DNA of 64,000 nt from Candidatus Bathyarchaeia archaeon (GTDB lineage Archaea > Thermoproteota > Bathyarchaeia > Bathyarchaeales > Bathycorpusculaceae): assembly GCA_038883775.1 (NCBI GenBank), contig JAVZLM010000003.1, forward strand, positions 64,001-128,000. The letters are read 5' to 3'. Each line of letters starts with the position of its first letter. The first letter of the stretch is position 1. Of the stretch, positions 9,601 through 17,953 are shown piece by piece. Both the position numbers and the translations under genes were made by a program. The notes below the pieces were generated by a model. The model worked only from the letters and a program-made list of their open reading frames with translations. It did not search any database and was not told the origin of the DNA.

Positions 9601-10649
9601 ACTTCCTTGTAAGTTTAATTGTAACAGATGAAGACTACGTGAATAGCTCCGCCTTTGTCGTCAGCATACATGTGGCTAGTTGGCCATCACCAGTAGCTAA
9701 CTTCACTTACTCGCCTACCATGCCAATAGAATGTGAAACTTTAATTTTCGATGCTTCTCTAAGCTATTCTCCAATGGGCGCTGAAATTGTCAGTTATGTT
9801 TGGGATTTTGGTGACGGTTCTCCAGTTGTTGTTGAATCGGATCCAATAACAACCCACGCATACGCATACGCGGGTTCGTATAAAGTCACCCTTACCGTAA
9901 AAGATCTATACAACAGTACCAACAGCATTTCGACTCACCTGCTTATCACTCGTGGTTTTGCAGCCCTAAACGTTGAAACAGATGTTGGCTCGATCTATTT
10001 TGTAGGAGAACTAGCAGAGTTCCGATTCCTAGTAAGCTTCCTGGGCGAACCTAGTAACGCAACGAAACTTAGCGCCAAGTTGTATGGGCCGAATAAACAA
10101 ATGATAGCAAAATACGTTTATCCAACCAATATCACTTTGTTCGCCACTGGAGTATACAGCATCACTTATGAAGTAGGTGCCGCTGCGGGGGTATACACAT
10201 TAGTTGTTGAGGTTGAATATTCTTCGCTCAAGGCAAGCGGACTTAAAAGTTTTCTAGTAAGCGCTACTCTAAACAATTGGGATGCCATAATAACGGACAT
10301 AAAAGATGAAATAGCGACCGTTGTTGTGCCAACCCTTGGAGAAATCAAGCTAAACTTGACTTCCATCAACGCAACATTATCTAATCTAATAGTTAATAGT
10401 AAAGGTGAAATCCTTGCAGAACTAGACACTGCATTAGGTTCGATAACCGCTAAGTTAAATACAATCAACACAGCCATAACTGCCATTGATGGCAACGTTG
10501 TAGACATCAAAACTTCTGTGGGCGACATACAAGCAACTCTCGGCGGGTTACAATCAACACTAACACTTGGTTTAGCAGCAACAGCGATACTCTCCATTAT
10601 AGCAGTATTATTAGCTGCTCTAATCTTGTTAACATTGAAAAAGAAATAA
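6684..10649 (+). CDS. Membrane-anchored scaffoldin-like protein: two cohesin-like domains, inserts, two PKD domains, coiled-coil stalk, C-terminal TM
   Basis: Paralogous to 239-3400. Two SYVWDFGDG PKD motifs, heptad-rich stalk, C-terminal TM plus KKK. Start taken at MMNNLW, ahead of the signal peptide. Confidence 0.78.
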   Translation: MMNNLWKKLSNCLWISLIISAMLLSNVHVMAGNEYSIQQAPTKVRVIPSPIEFKGGNATGQEFDVAVVVENVTNLYGIDINMTWDITYLEYVSHEFTMPVTDYPNPIPPSPYPGILNGPLITTIEDVNPTAGYIRVGKATMAQPPPPSFNGNGTVFVVKFRVKYHPQEADTVTYLHLASTDLAGKMPPGPLIIPHERQDGVVILRSYFEYPPMPLLDLRINGDKEYNAIRIGERFNVSVWLMGEGGVDLDPFWDISGFDFTVNFNSTLLEAVDVKIDPANWWLGFYPGGVQVFAESIDNTVGRVKIAFIGLPDPTQTPPHDPPNGKGVLAIVTFHVIYESETYPPPSAPIWLENPLPLALIDLYSENDLINLETPVSTDWHELTPTYCKHFNVTFWEDVDGDGRLSPNDQIHLLDKETGKWLPYRVHAVPVTMRVDILPFEYTDEYHEGTTIFTNTWPPYHALLSGLKLDPAYPVITWPPTYVPVNLTLSYAALDVSSVEVEFPNGTRRLLTENTEWEWFYGSDQLEIKIPLGVPKSCAFVEGVNMTTGWEGYVPKGRVILPDQTTGWIHRFVVTPVKDRIDLYVTIVDSAEFNVTRTYAIYLNETLIETGELTYLGEPIELYTVINDIDPGYYVLNFTLDSPDDKPWSVEIYGALFYSYEDEFYTEGNVTISSPLTVDFTADPPTLTVLPLGERGGYLWMNIDADGDGDAEPGWYWNMGYDYAPNNPVVAIAPTWTGTEPTDRFPLGTVVTIDYMAECTKMWVNYTAIEPTKWIKSAIGAADFPFTAPLTTEWKELMPYPDKQHVITGWTDTDGNHRLSIGDIIQLYDVETGETKPANITLLATGLTVIQKPVICLADTSDPFYGQVAIVDVAGFPHPERPMCPWHNKAYSVPIPHKTEPATYTAPTRGPIANFTYTPSEPVQFEEITFDASLSYSPANKTIVSYVWDFGDGSPVVVESDPITTHAYLSSGDFLVSLIVTDEDYVNSSAFVVSIHVASWPSPVANFTYSPTMPIECETLIFDASLSYSPMGAEIVSYVWDFGDGSPVVVESDPITTHAYAYAGSYKVTLTVKDLYNSTNSISTHLLITRGFAALNVETDVGSIYFVGELAEFRFLVSFLGEPSNATKLSAKLYGPNKQMIAKYVYPTNITLFATGVYSITYEVGAAAGVYTLVVEVEYSSLKASGLKSFLVSATLNNWDAIITDIKDEIATVVVPTLGEIKLNLTSINATLSNLIVNSKGEILAELDTALGSITAKLNTINTAITAIDGNVVDIKTSVGDIQATLGGLQSTLTLGLAATAILSIIAVLLAALILLTLKKK
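9509..9856 (+). repeat. 72-bp exact intragenic repeat (9509-9580 / 9785-9856) in PKD domains
   Basis: aattgtcagttatgtttgggattttggtgacggttctccagttgttgttgaatcggatccaataacaaccca occurs twice. Confidence 0.9.
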
Positions 10650-10753
10650 CCTTCAACACCCCACTTTTATTTTTCAATTTTTTAACTCTTAAATAAGAAA
10701 AGCTTAAAAATTAAGCTTCAACATAGTGGTAACACAAATTGCATGGTGAAAAC

Positions 10754-13700
10754 ATGATTAAAAATTGTTTAAAAACTTTCATATTTATTATGCTTCTGTT
10801 TAGCATAAATCTGGGAACCGTTAAAGATGTTTTTTCGGGCACCTCACCAAAAAGCGTTATAGATTATCCCATAGAATCCGTAGAGCATGAACTTATAGTA
10901 AATTGGATAACTCCACCTCAAGATCTTAATCTTAGAGAATCAACTATTATAAAAGTTAGCGTAACTAACAGCGGCTTAGAAAACGAGAGTGATGTGCAAT
11001 TATCTCTTTCAATTAACGATAGTATTGTTGCTTCCAAAACTTTTCCGTTGTTAATTGCAGGTTCTATGGGCACTTTGGAGTATGAATGGACTCCTGCTGT
11101 GGAGGGACAATACAATGTTACTGCTTATTCACTACCAGTAGTTAATGAAACAGACACAGCAAACAATGTTGTGTCTAAAATAGTTCAAGTTTGTCGTGTT
11201 GTTGTTTGTGTAGAACCAGAAACGGTCACGGCGAATGTAAACGAAACCTTCACTATTAACGTGAAAATTGCTAACGTTACGAGACTTTTTGGTTTCGACA
11301 TTCAATTCCGCTGGAGTCCAATAACTCTAAAATATGTCAGTCATAAGGTTAAAGTGCCAAAGGGTTCAACCTATCCTGACGGCATTCTTTACGGCTCTCC
11401 ATTAATAATTAAAAATATGGTGAACGAATCTGGAGTATCTGAGGCTTCTCCAGGAACTCTCTTTTGGCTCTCTGTTGTTTCTTTTGGCACTTCTTTGTCG
11501 TTTAATGGAACAGGAATAGCATTCAATATGACTTTTAAAGTATTGCAAAAAGGCGAATGTGACATATACTTTACATCCGTGGATCTTTCCGATAAGAAAG
11601 GAAAGTCGATTCCCCATGAAGTTAGAGACGGCTACTTTTACATGGAAGGATTAGGCTCTGTGCCCGTGGCTAACTTCACTTGTTGGCCGTCGAAGCGTGT
11701 GGATAGCGTAGATTGCGTTGTTGTTGGTAAGTCTGTTGTTTTTAATGCTTCTTTGAGTTATGATCCTGATGTGGGTGGCGGAATTACCTTGTACATGTGG
11801 GATTTTGGTGATGGAACACGTTTAAACACAACTGAATCCCTCATAAACCACACATATGCTGCAGAGAAAACTCGAAATCCTGTTTCCTTAACCGTTGTGG
11901 ATGTTGAGAATTCAACAAGTAGGCTGTTTTATCGGTTAATAGATATTGTTAACCCAAAGCCTGTGGCTAGATTCACGGTTTGGCCTCCTGATGGACACCC
12001 GGTTGTTGGTAAGTCTGTTGTTTTTAATGCTTCTTTGAGTTATGATCCTGATGTGGGTGGCGGAATTACCTTGTACATGTGGGATTTTGGTGATGGAACA
12101 CGTTTAAACACAACCGAACCCCTCATAAACCACACATATTTGGAAGTTACTGGTATAAGTGCACGTGTAGTGCGGTTAGTTGTCAAGGACGCTGAAAACC
12201 TTACAAGCGAACCGGCCACTTTCTCTTTGTATGTTATAGGCTCGCGTGACGTTAACGTAAAGAATGTTGAAGTATATCCAACCTTGGTTATGCCTGGAGA
12301 TGTTGTGGTTGTTAACGCTACCATAGCTAGTTTGGTAACACAATCAGCGTATAATTTTACAATGGGCTTTGATGTAAAGGTGTTTTGGACAGATTATAGT
12401 GAAATCATGCAAGGTGTGATTGATCAGAAAAAGGTTGAATTGGCCACAAACGTTAGCAAAATTTTTACTTTCTCTTGGAACACAACGGGCATGTCCGAAG
12501 GAGCTTATTGGGTTTGGGTTGAAGCCCTAAATGTTCCTCACGAAGATGATTTTACTAATAATATTTGGCGCAGTTCTGAGGCTGTTAATGTTACATTGAG
12601 AGAGGTTCACGATGTGGCGATTAAAGATTTAACCCTAGCTGTTAGTGTTGAAACAAAGGAATTTGCGCCGCCGGCGATTGTTGGAGAGAATGTAACTATG
12701 CGCGTTTATGTTATGGCAAATGGCACTGTTTCAGAGACTTTTAACGCCACTTTAAGAGTGATGGACTCGGAAGGTGAAGTTTTGTTTAGCAAAATTTGGC
12801 TTAATGAAGGTTTAGCAGCGCGAGAGACAAAGGAGTTAAAGTGCGTGTTTAACACGGAGGATGCGGCTGCTGGTAAGTATATAGTTTCTGTTAACGTCAC
12901 AATTGCGGAGGTGGATGAGCATCCTGATGATAACCTTAGAAGTGTGGAATTTAGAATTATTAGGTCTCCATTTTTATTAGTTGAACCCTTGCCGAGCCTC
13001 ATAGTTGTAGGAGATACCGTTGTTTTTAATGCTTCTGCCAGTTATCATTTAGACGGGGCTATTGTAGGGTATAGATGGGAGTTTTTTGACCCTAATGGAT
13101 TTCTTAGGCGTGTGGAAACAAGTAAAGCTGTTGTTAACTTTACATTCCCTGAGCAAGGTGGTGTTGGGGTATGGGTTATTAAGTTGATCGCGGAGGATAA
13201 TTATACAATAACTTACGGTGCTGATAGGCCCTTGACTGAGCCTTACCGCAAGGTTTTTGAGGTGAATGTTAAAGGAGCCAGTGTTATAGCTCTTCAGCTT
13301 AATCCAGCAACTATACAATATGGTCAATCCATCATTATAAATGGAACGTTAACGCCGCCCAGAGAAGGCGTGAATGTTACTGTTAGGGTTAATGGTACTG
13401 TTTTGGCTACAGTGTTAACTGGTGATATGGGCAACTTTACAATTACTTGGAAGCCAGACAAAGCTGGAACCTACCTAATCGAGGCATCTTGGCCTGGCGA
13501 TGCTGAAACGGCTCCTTCGGCAGATGAAAAAATCTTGATAGTTAGTAAAGCAGTGAGCAGTATAACTTTAAATGTTTCTCCTTCAACGGTTTCTGTTGGG
13601 GAAAATGTTATCATAAGCGGGGTTCTTTCTCCAGAGGAAATCGGAGCTCATGTGAATGTTACTGTTAGGGTTAATGGTACTGTTTTGGCTACAGTGTTAA

Positions 13701-13933
13701 CTGGTGATATGGGCAACTTTACAATTACTTGGAAGCCAGACAAAGCTGGAACCTACCTAATCGAGGCATCTTGGCCTGGCGACGCCAATTCTCTTCCATG
13801 CTCATCGGGACAGCGGCTTGTGAAGGTTGAAGCTCCACAGTTTAATGTTATGCCTTATGTTGCAGTTGCAATAGTAGCAATAATTGTTGTTGCATTAGCC
13901 GTATATCTTGTCAAGTTTAGAAAGAGAGGGTGA
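10754..13933 (+). CDS. Membrane-anchored surface protein: CARDB, cohesin-like, PKD and Ig-like domains, C-terminal TM
   Basis: Cohesin-like FTINVKIANVTRLFGFDIQFRW..FNGTGIAFNMTFKV..IPHEVRDGYF. YMWDFGDG x2. Duplicated Ig-like unit. TM plus KFRKRG. Confidence 0.78.
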   Translation: MIKNCLKTFIFIMLLFSINLGTVKDVFSGTSPKSVIDYPIESVEHELIVNWITPPQDLNLRESTIIKVSVTNSGLENESDVQLSLSINDSIVASKTFPLLIAGSMGTLEYEWTPAVEGQYNVTAYSLPVVNETDTANNVVSKIVQVCRVVVCVEPETVTANVNETFTINVKIANVTRLFGFDIQFRWSPITLKYVSHKVKVPKGSTYPDGILYGSPLIIKNMVNESGVSEASPGTLFWLSVVSFGTSLSFNGTGIAFNMTFKVLQKGECDIYFTSVDLSDKKGKSIPHEVRDGYFYMEGLGSVPVANFTCWPSKRVDSVDCVVVGKSVVFNASLSYDPDVGGGITLYMWDFGDGTRLNTTESLINHTYAAEKTRNPVSLTVVDVENSTSRLFYRLIDIVNPKPVARFTVWPPDGHPVVGKSVVFNASLSYDPDVGGGITLYMWDFGDGTRLNTTEPLINHTYLEVTGISARVVRLVVKDAENLTSEPATFSLYVIGSRDVNVKNVEVYPTLVMPGDVVVVNATIASLVTQSAYNFTMGFDVKVFWTDYSEIMQGVIDQKKVELATNVSKIFTFSWNTTGMSEGAYWVWVEALNVPHEDDFTNNIWRSSEAVNVTLREVHDVAIKDLTLAVSVETKEFAPPAIVGENVTMRVYVMANGTVSETFNATLRVMDSEGEVLFSKIWLNEGLAARETKELKCVFNTEDAAAGKYIVSVNVTIAEVDEHPDDNLRSVEFRIIRSPFLLVEPLPSLIVVGDTVVFNASASYHLDGAIVGYRWEFFDPNGFLRRVETSKAVVNFTFPEQGGVGVWVIKLIAEDNYTITYGADRPLTEPYRKVFEVNVKGASVIALQLNPATIQYGQSIIINGTLTPPREGVNVTVRVNGTVLATVLTGDMGNFTITWKPDKAGTYLIEASWPGDAETAPSADEKILIVSKAVSSITLNVSPSTVSVGENVIISGVLSPEEIGAHVNVTVRVNGTVLATVLTGDMGNFTITWKPDKAGTYLIEASWPGDANSLPCSSGQRLVKVEAPQFNVMPYVAVAIVAIIVVALAVYLVKFRKRG
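11720..12114 (+). repeat. 113-bp exact intragenic repeat (11720-11832 / 12002-12114), PKD core
   Basis: Identical DNA encoding VVGKSVVFNASLSYDPDVGGGITLYMWDFGDGTRLNTT. Confidence 0.9.
13370..13782 (+). repeat. 131-bp exact intragenic repeat (13370-13500 / 13652-13782), Ig-like domain
   Basis: Identical DNA encoding VNVTVRVNGTVLATVLTGDMGNFTITWKPDKAGTYLIEASWPGD. Confidence 0.9.
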
Positions 13934-13990
13934 ACTCTTCCTTCCTGTTTGTTTGAAGGTTAATTCGGAGATCTTTGGAGGGGCTTCATT

Positions 13991-14386
13991 ATGTTTCATA
14001 AAAAATTGTATAAGTGGATTTGTTTAATTTTAGGTTTTGTGGGAATGATTAATGTGGCTACTGTGGGGCTTTATTTGGTTGTAACATGCCTTAGTTTGTC
14101 TCCTTTTCCAGGGGGCGAACATTTTCTTTTTTATGCTTATGCGGCAGCTATTTTAGCGGTTGTTTCCATGTTGCTTCTGGTTTGTGGTATTTGCTTGATG
14201 TGGAGAGGGCGTTTGCGGATGGGAGGCGCATTTAATTTTTTTGCTGGAGTATTTTTTGTTTCCTTTTACTTTTACTTTTCATTTTTTTCTCAACCGTCGA
14301 TGCTTGGATGGTTTTGGCCTTTTGGTTGTTTGCTTTTTCTTCCATTATTTTTGAGTGGCGTTATTGGAATGTTTGTTAAAGGTTAA
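13991..14386 (+). CDS. Hypothetical four-TM membrane protein
   Basis: 131 aa with four hydrophobic segments. GGAGG-like SD upstream. Confidence 0.65.
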   Translation: MFHKKLYKWICLILGFVGMINVATVGLYLVVTCLSLSPFPGGEHFLFYAYAAAILAVVSMLLLVCGICLMWRGRLRMGGAFNFFAGVFFVSFYFYFSFFSQPSMLGWFWPFGCLLFLPLFLSGVIGMFVKG

Positions 14387-14420
14387 ATTTTGGCTGGGTT
14401 TTGGTATAGAAAAAAGTTTC

Positions 14421-14434
14421 AGAAAACCTTAAAT
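14421..14434 (+). promoter_or_regulatory. BRE-TATA promoter of the solute-binding protein gene
   Basis: agaaaaccttaaat. Near-identical aaaccttaaata at 16915-16926 and 20026-20037; related boxes at 181-194 and 10696-10710. Confidence 0.55.
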
Positions 14435-14480
14435 GGCAATTCGCGTTACAATAGTTTTTGAGAGAAAGGAGAAAGAGGTT

Positions 14481-16871
14481 ATGAATTCGAAAAAAGTTGC
14501 TTTGATGTTTGTATTGTCGCTGGTTCTCTTTGCTTCTTTAATGGTTCATTCGTCTCCTAGGAAGGTTGCATTGGCTGCCGAGGTTCAGAAGGGACCGCGG
14601 GCTCCAGAGTTTCAGATGATTCTTAAGGCTACGACTGAGGCTGCTTATGCCTCTTTGGTTGCTGGTGAACTTGAGTATATAGGCGGTTTGCTTCCAGCCC
14701 AATTTGAGGATGCTCAGAGGCGTCCCGAAATAACAACTTATCTCGAACTTATTTATAGCATGCAAGATGAAGCCATTATGAGCAACTATTCCATGCCCTC
14801 TCAGAAGTCTCATCCTAACGCTCCACCAGGCTCCAGCGGAATCCTCCGCAGTCCAACAAACGATGTGAACTTTAGGAAGGCTGTAAACCACCTGTTCAAC
14901 AAGGACTGGATCTGCGAAACCGTTTGGAAGGGGCTTGTTGAAAGAATTGATGTGCCAATTGCTGCCCCATCCAAGGGTTGGATGAACACAAGCTGCTTCA
15001 ACCTTTACCCATTCAGCTTTGAACAGGCAATAGCCAAACTCACGGACCCAGCCGTTTACGGAAGCGCTCAAAACGGCTGGTACGACTACGACGGAGACGG
15101 CATAAGAAACTATCCTCTTGACTGGCCGGGCGTTCAAGGCCAACCAGGCGTTAGAGACGAGCCAAACATGCTTCCACTTCAGTACTGGATTTACGACGAC
15201 CCACCGCAGAGATACGAGTTCGCCCACAACGTGGCAGAAAACCTAAGAAGCATAGGCATCCCAGTAGATGAGCACGTTGCACCCTTCCAGCTTATAAACG
15301 ACCAGTGCTTCTGCGCCTACGATTACCACCTAAGCTCAGACGGTTGGGCTGTGGGAAGGTTCCCAACATACATACAATTCTTCTTCGACAGTGAACTGTG
15401 GATTCCAGGATATTGTGGAGCCAACTGCTACACAGGTGGCAATGAGCCTTGGACTGCTGAGATAGACGAGGCTGTTAGGGCTGTAAGGTATGCTGCAACC
15501 CCAGAGGATAGCAGAGTAGCATGCCTTTACGCTCAGTGGCTGCTTGTGGACAAGTGGGCTGTTGGCATGATTCCGCTTTACACGCCTAAGGCTGCATACG
15601 CCGTTAGAAACGTTTTGGGCGCCGTCAAATTCTTCGGAGCATCGCCCTTCAACGAGTTAGCCATGATGAACATGTTCCGAATTGACGATCCAAACGCCCC
15701 AATAAGGATGGGATTCGACTTCCCACCAAACGTTAACACGATCTACTGCATGTGGGCTGTGGGCTACACAATAATGCAGATGACATGGGAATTCCCAATG
15801 CAGCTTAACCCATTAGACCCCATGTATGAGATGCCTTGGGGCGCCATAGACTGGGACGTAGGAACATGGGTTGATCCCGCTGACGGCAAAACAAAAACTG
15901 TCACCAAATGGTGGTTTAGGCCAGGAACCAAATACATAGCGCCGGTAACAGGAGAACCCTTAGACGACTTCACTGCGGCATCAAACATTTTCGGAATGTG
16001 GTACGTCTATCAGACGACAGATGCCTGGTGGTGGAGCGACTTCAGAGACCTCCACCACATAAGAGTAGACCCAACAAACCCATACTACTTCGAAATATAC
16101 TTCAACAGGTTCAGCTGCTGGTTCTACTTGGATACGCCCTATTCCACAAACTTGGGAATCTACCCGCCAGCCTACAAGGTTTATCCGCTATGCGACAACC
16201 CAGACCACACGTACACAAGCGGGCAACCAGTAGACCCAATAGTTAGAGTGTTCGTTGAAGGCGAAAATATGTCGACTCCAGGCGACTTGGCATTGCCATG
16301 GCAAACGAAATATGCGCCAGTAGAAATAGTCTCCATAGTACAGCAGGGCGTTGGCCCACTAAAGCCGTCAGACACAACGGGCAATTATGACTACGAAATG
16401 GTTAAGGGCAAAATCCACATATACAAAGACCTGCCAAACGGAGCAGTAATAACAGTCACATACTACGGCAGAGGAGAAGCCTACGGCACAACACCAGGAG
16501 ACATTCCATGGGACAAAATCTTCATAGGAGCAGGAAAATGGTACATGACCTACTTAGACCTACTGGCAGGCGCATACTTTAAGGCTAACAGAAACTACTG
16601 GGCTGAAACTCCGCCATTAGGCGAAACAGACTGGTACTACTGGAGAATTGAAGGACCCAAACCAAGAAAAGGCTACTTCCAAATCAACATATATGACGTG
16701 GTAGTAGCCACAGGCGCCTACGGAACCCAAGGCAGATACACCCCAGACCCAGCCTTCACAGTATCCGCAGACCTAGCCCCATCAGCCGACGGCCTAGGAG
16801 GCAAAATAGACATCTACGACGTAGTCACCATAACAGGAAGCTACGGAACCAAATTCTGGGAAATCAAATAA
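14481..16871 (+). CDS. oppA: Oligopeptide/dipeptide ABC transporter solute-binding protein (family 5) with C-terminal dockerin
   Basis: SBP5 motifs (PTNDVNFRKAVNHLFNKDWI; AENLRSIGIPV; IGAGKWY..ANRNYW). Directly upstream of oppBC. Ends in INIYDVVVATGAYG..ADLAP..GGKIDIYDVVTITGSYG. Confidence 0.85.
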   Translation: MNSKKVALMFVLSLVLFASLMVHSSPRKVALAAEVQKGPRAPEFQMILKATTEAAYASLVAGELEYIGGLLPAQFEDAQRRPEITTYLELIYSMQDEAIMSNYSMPSQKSHPNAPPGSSGILRSPTNDVNFRKAVNHLFNKDWICETVWKGLVERIDVPIAAPSKGWMNTSCFNLYPFSFEQAIAKLTDPAVYGSAQNGWYDYDGDGIRNYPLDWPGVQGQPGVRDEPNMLPLQYWIYDDPPQRYEFAHNVAENLRSIGIPVDEHVAPFQLINDQCFCAYDYHLSSDGWAVGRFPTYIQFFFDSELWIPGYCGANCYTGGNEPWTAEIDEAVRAVRYAATPEDSRVACLYAQWLLVDKWAVGMIPLYTPKAAYAVRNVLGAVKFFGASPFNELAMMNMFRIDDPNAPIRMGFDFPPNVNTIYCMWAVGYTIMQMTWEFPMQLNPLDPMYEMPWGAIDWDVGTWVDPADGKTKTVTKWWFRPGTKYIAPVTGEPLDDFTAASNIFGMWYVYQTTDAWWWSDFRDLHHIRVDPTNPYYFEIYFNRFSCWFYLDTPYSTNLGIYPPAYKVYPLCDNPDHTYTSGQPVDPIVRVFVEGENMSTPGDLALPWQTKYAPVEIVSIVQQGVGPLKPSDTTGNYDYEMVKGKIHIYKDLPNGAVITVTYYGRGEAYGTTPGDIPWDKIFIGAGKWYMTYLDLLAGAYFKANRNYWAETPPLGETDWYYWRIEGPKPRKGYFQINIYDVVVATGAYGTQGRYTPDPAFTVSADLAPSADGLGGKIDIYDVVTITGSYGTKFWEIK

Positions 16872-16958
16872 GCAATAAAACAACCAAACACTCCCCCCTT
16901 TTTATTTTAAAGCCAAACCTTAAATATTCACAGTTTCATCTCATAATAAGAGGGGAAA

Positions 16959-17951
16959 ATGGGCTTCAAAACCTACCTAGTTAAAAGGACCATATATAGC
17001 CTAGCACTTTTATGGGCTATAATGTCAGTAAACTTCATAATCTTCTCCCTTATACCAGGAGACCCAATCGGCAGATGGGTTAAAAACCAAGAGGCAGCCA
17101 TATCAAAAGAAGAAATAATGGAGTTAAGGCGAATCTACGGGCTGGATATGCCACTCCACGAAAGATACTTCTTGTATCTTCAAAACATGTTAACATGGAA
17201 CTTTGGAAGATCACGATACACACAAGCAGACATAAAAACAGACATAATGAATAGACTTGGAAACACCCTCTTACTCTTGGGAATAGCAGACGGCTTCACA
17301 ATATTTGCCGGAACATTGTTAGGCGTATTAGTTGCATACAAAAGAGGCTCAAAATTAGACACAGCATTAGTCACAGCCTCCCTAGGCACATACAGCCTAC
17401 CAGTCTTCTGGTTAGGATGGCTAATACTCTTCTTTTTCGCCATATACCTAAAATGGTTCCCAGTTGGGGGAATATACCCAGCCGAATGGATGAAACAGTG
17501 GCCCACAAGCATAGTAGAAATAATTGCTGGAAGACTGAAACACATAGTCCTCCCAGTTTTAACCCTTTTCATCTTTAACGTAGGCGGATGGCTACTATTA
17601 ACAAGGTCATGCGTACTCGAAGCCATAACCGAAGACTACGTAGTAACAGCAAGGGCAAAGGGATTAAGCACAAGAAAAGTCTTGTTAAACCACGTCTTAA
17701 GAGTTGCATCCCTACCAATCGTCACATCTCTAGCTTTAACATTAGCTGGACTTTGGAGCGGCGCAATTGTAACCGAAACCGTTTTCAGTTATGAGGGAAT
17801 GGGAAGGTGGATTTGGAGGGCCATCGGATTACAAGACATACCAATCATGTACGTTGTTTTCTACATATCCGCCCTCACAATAATCATTGCCAACTTCATG
17901 GCAGACCTCATTTATGGAGTATTAGATCCAAGAATAAGAGTCGGGGGATAA
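16959..17951 (+). CDS. oppB: Oligopeptide ABC transporter permease
   Basis: YGLDMPLHERY, DYVVTARAKGL EAA loop, ETVFSYEGMG, LDPRIR. Confidence 0.93.
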   Translation: MGFKTYLVKRTIYSLALLWAIMSVNFIIFSLIPGDPIGRWVKNQEAAISKEEIMELRRIYGLDMPLHERYFLYLQNMLTWNFGRSRYTQADIKTDIMNRLGNTLLLLGIADGFTIFAGTLLGVLVAYKRGSKLDTALVTASLGTYSLPVFWLGWLILFFFAIYLKWFPVGGIYPAEWMKQWPTSIVEIIAGRLKHIVLPVLTLFIFNVGGWLLLTRSCVLEAITEDYVVTARAKGLSTRKVLLNHVLRVASLPIVTSLALTLAGLWSGAIVTETVFSYEGMGRWIWRAIGLQDIPIMYVVFYISALTIIIANFMADLIYGVLDPRIRVGG

Positions 17952-17953
17952 AC

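Noticed and set aside
14433-14480. Longer N-terminal starts from the ORF track (also 215, 4577, 6546, 17807, 54903)
   Set aside because: They overlap TATA boxes or upstream genes; downstream ATGs with SD-like sequences give proper signal peptides or operon coupling.
14538-15227. 229-aa antisense ORF and the many other short overlapping ORFs in the track (e.g. 52512-53141, 44861-45394)
   Set aside because: They lie within well-supported genes on the opposite strand or another frame and show no motifs; shadow ORFs.
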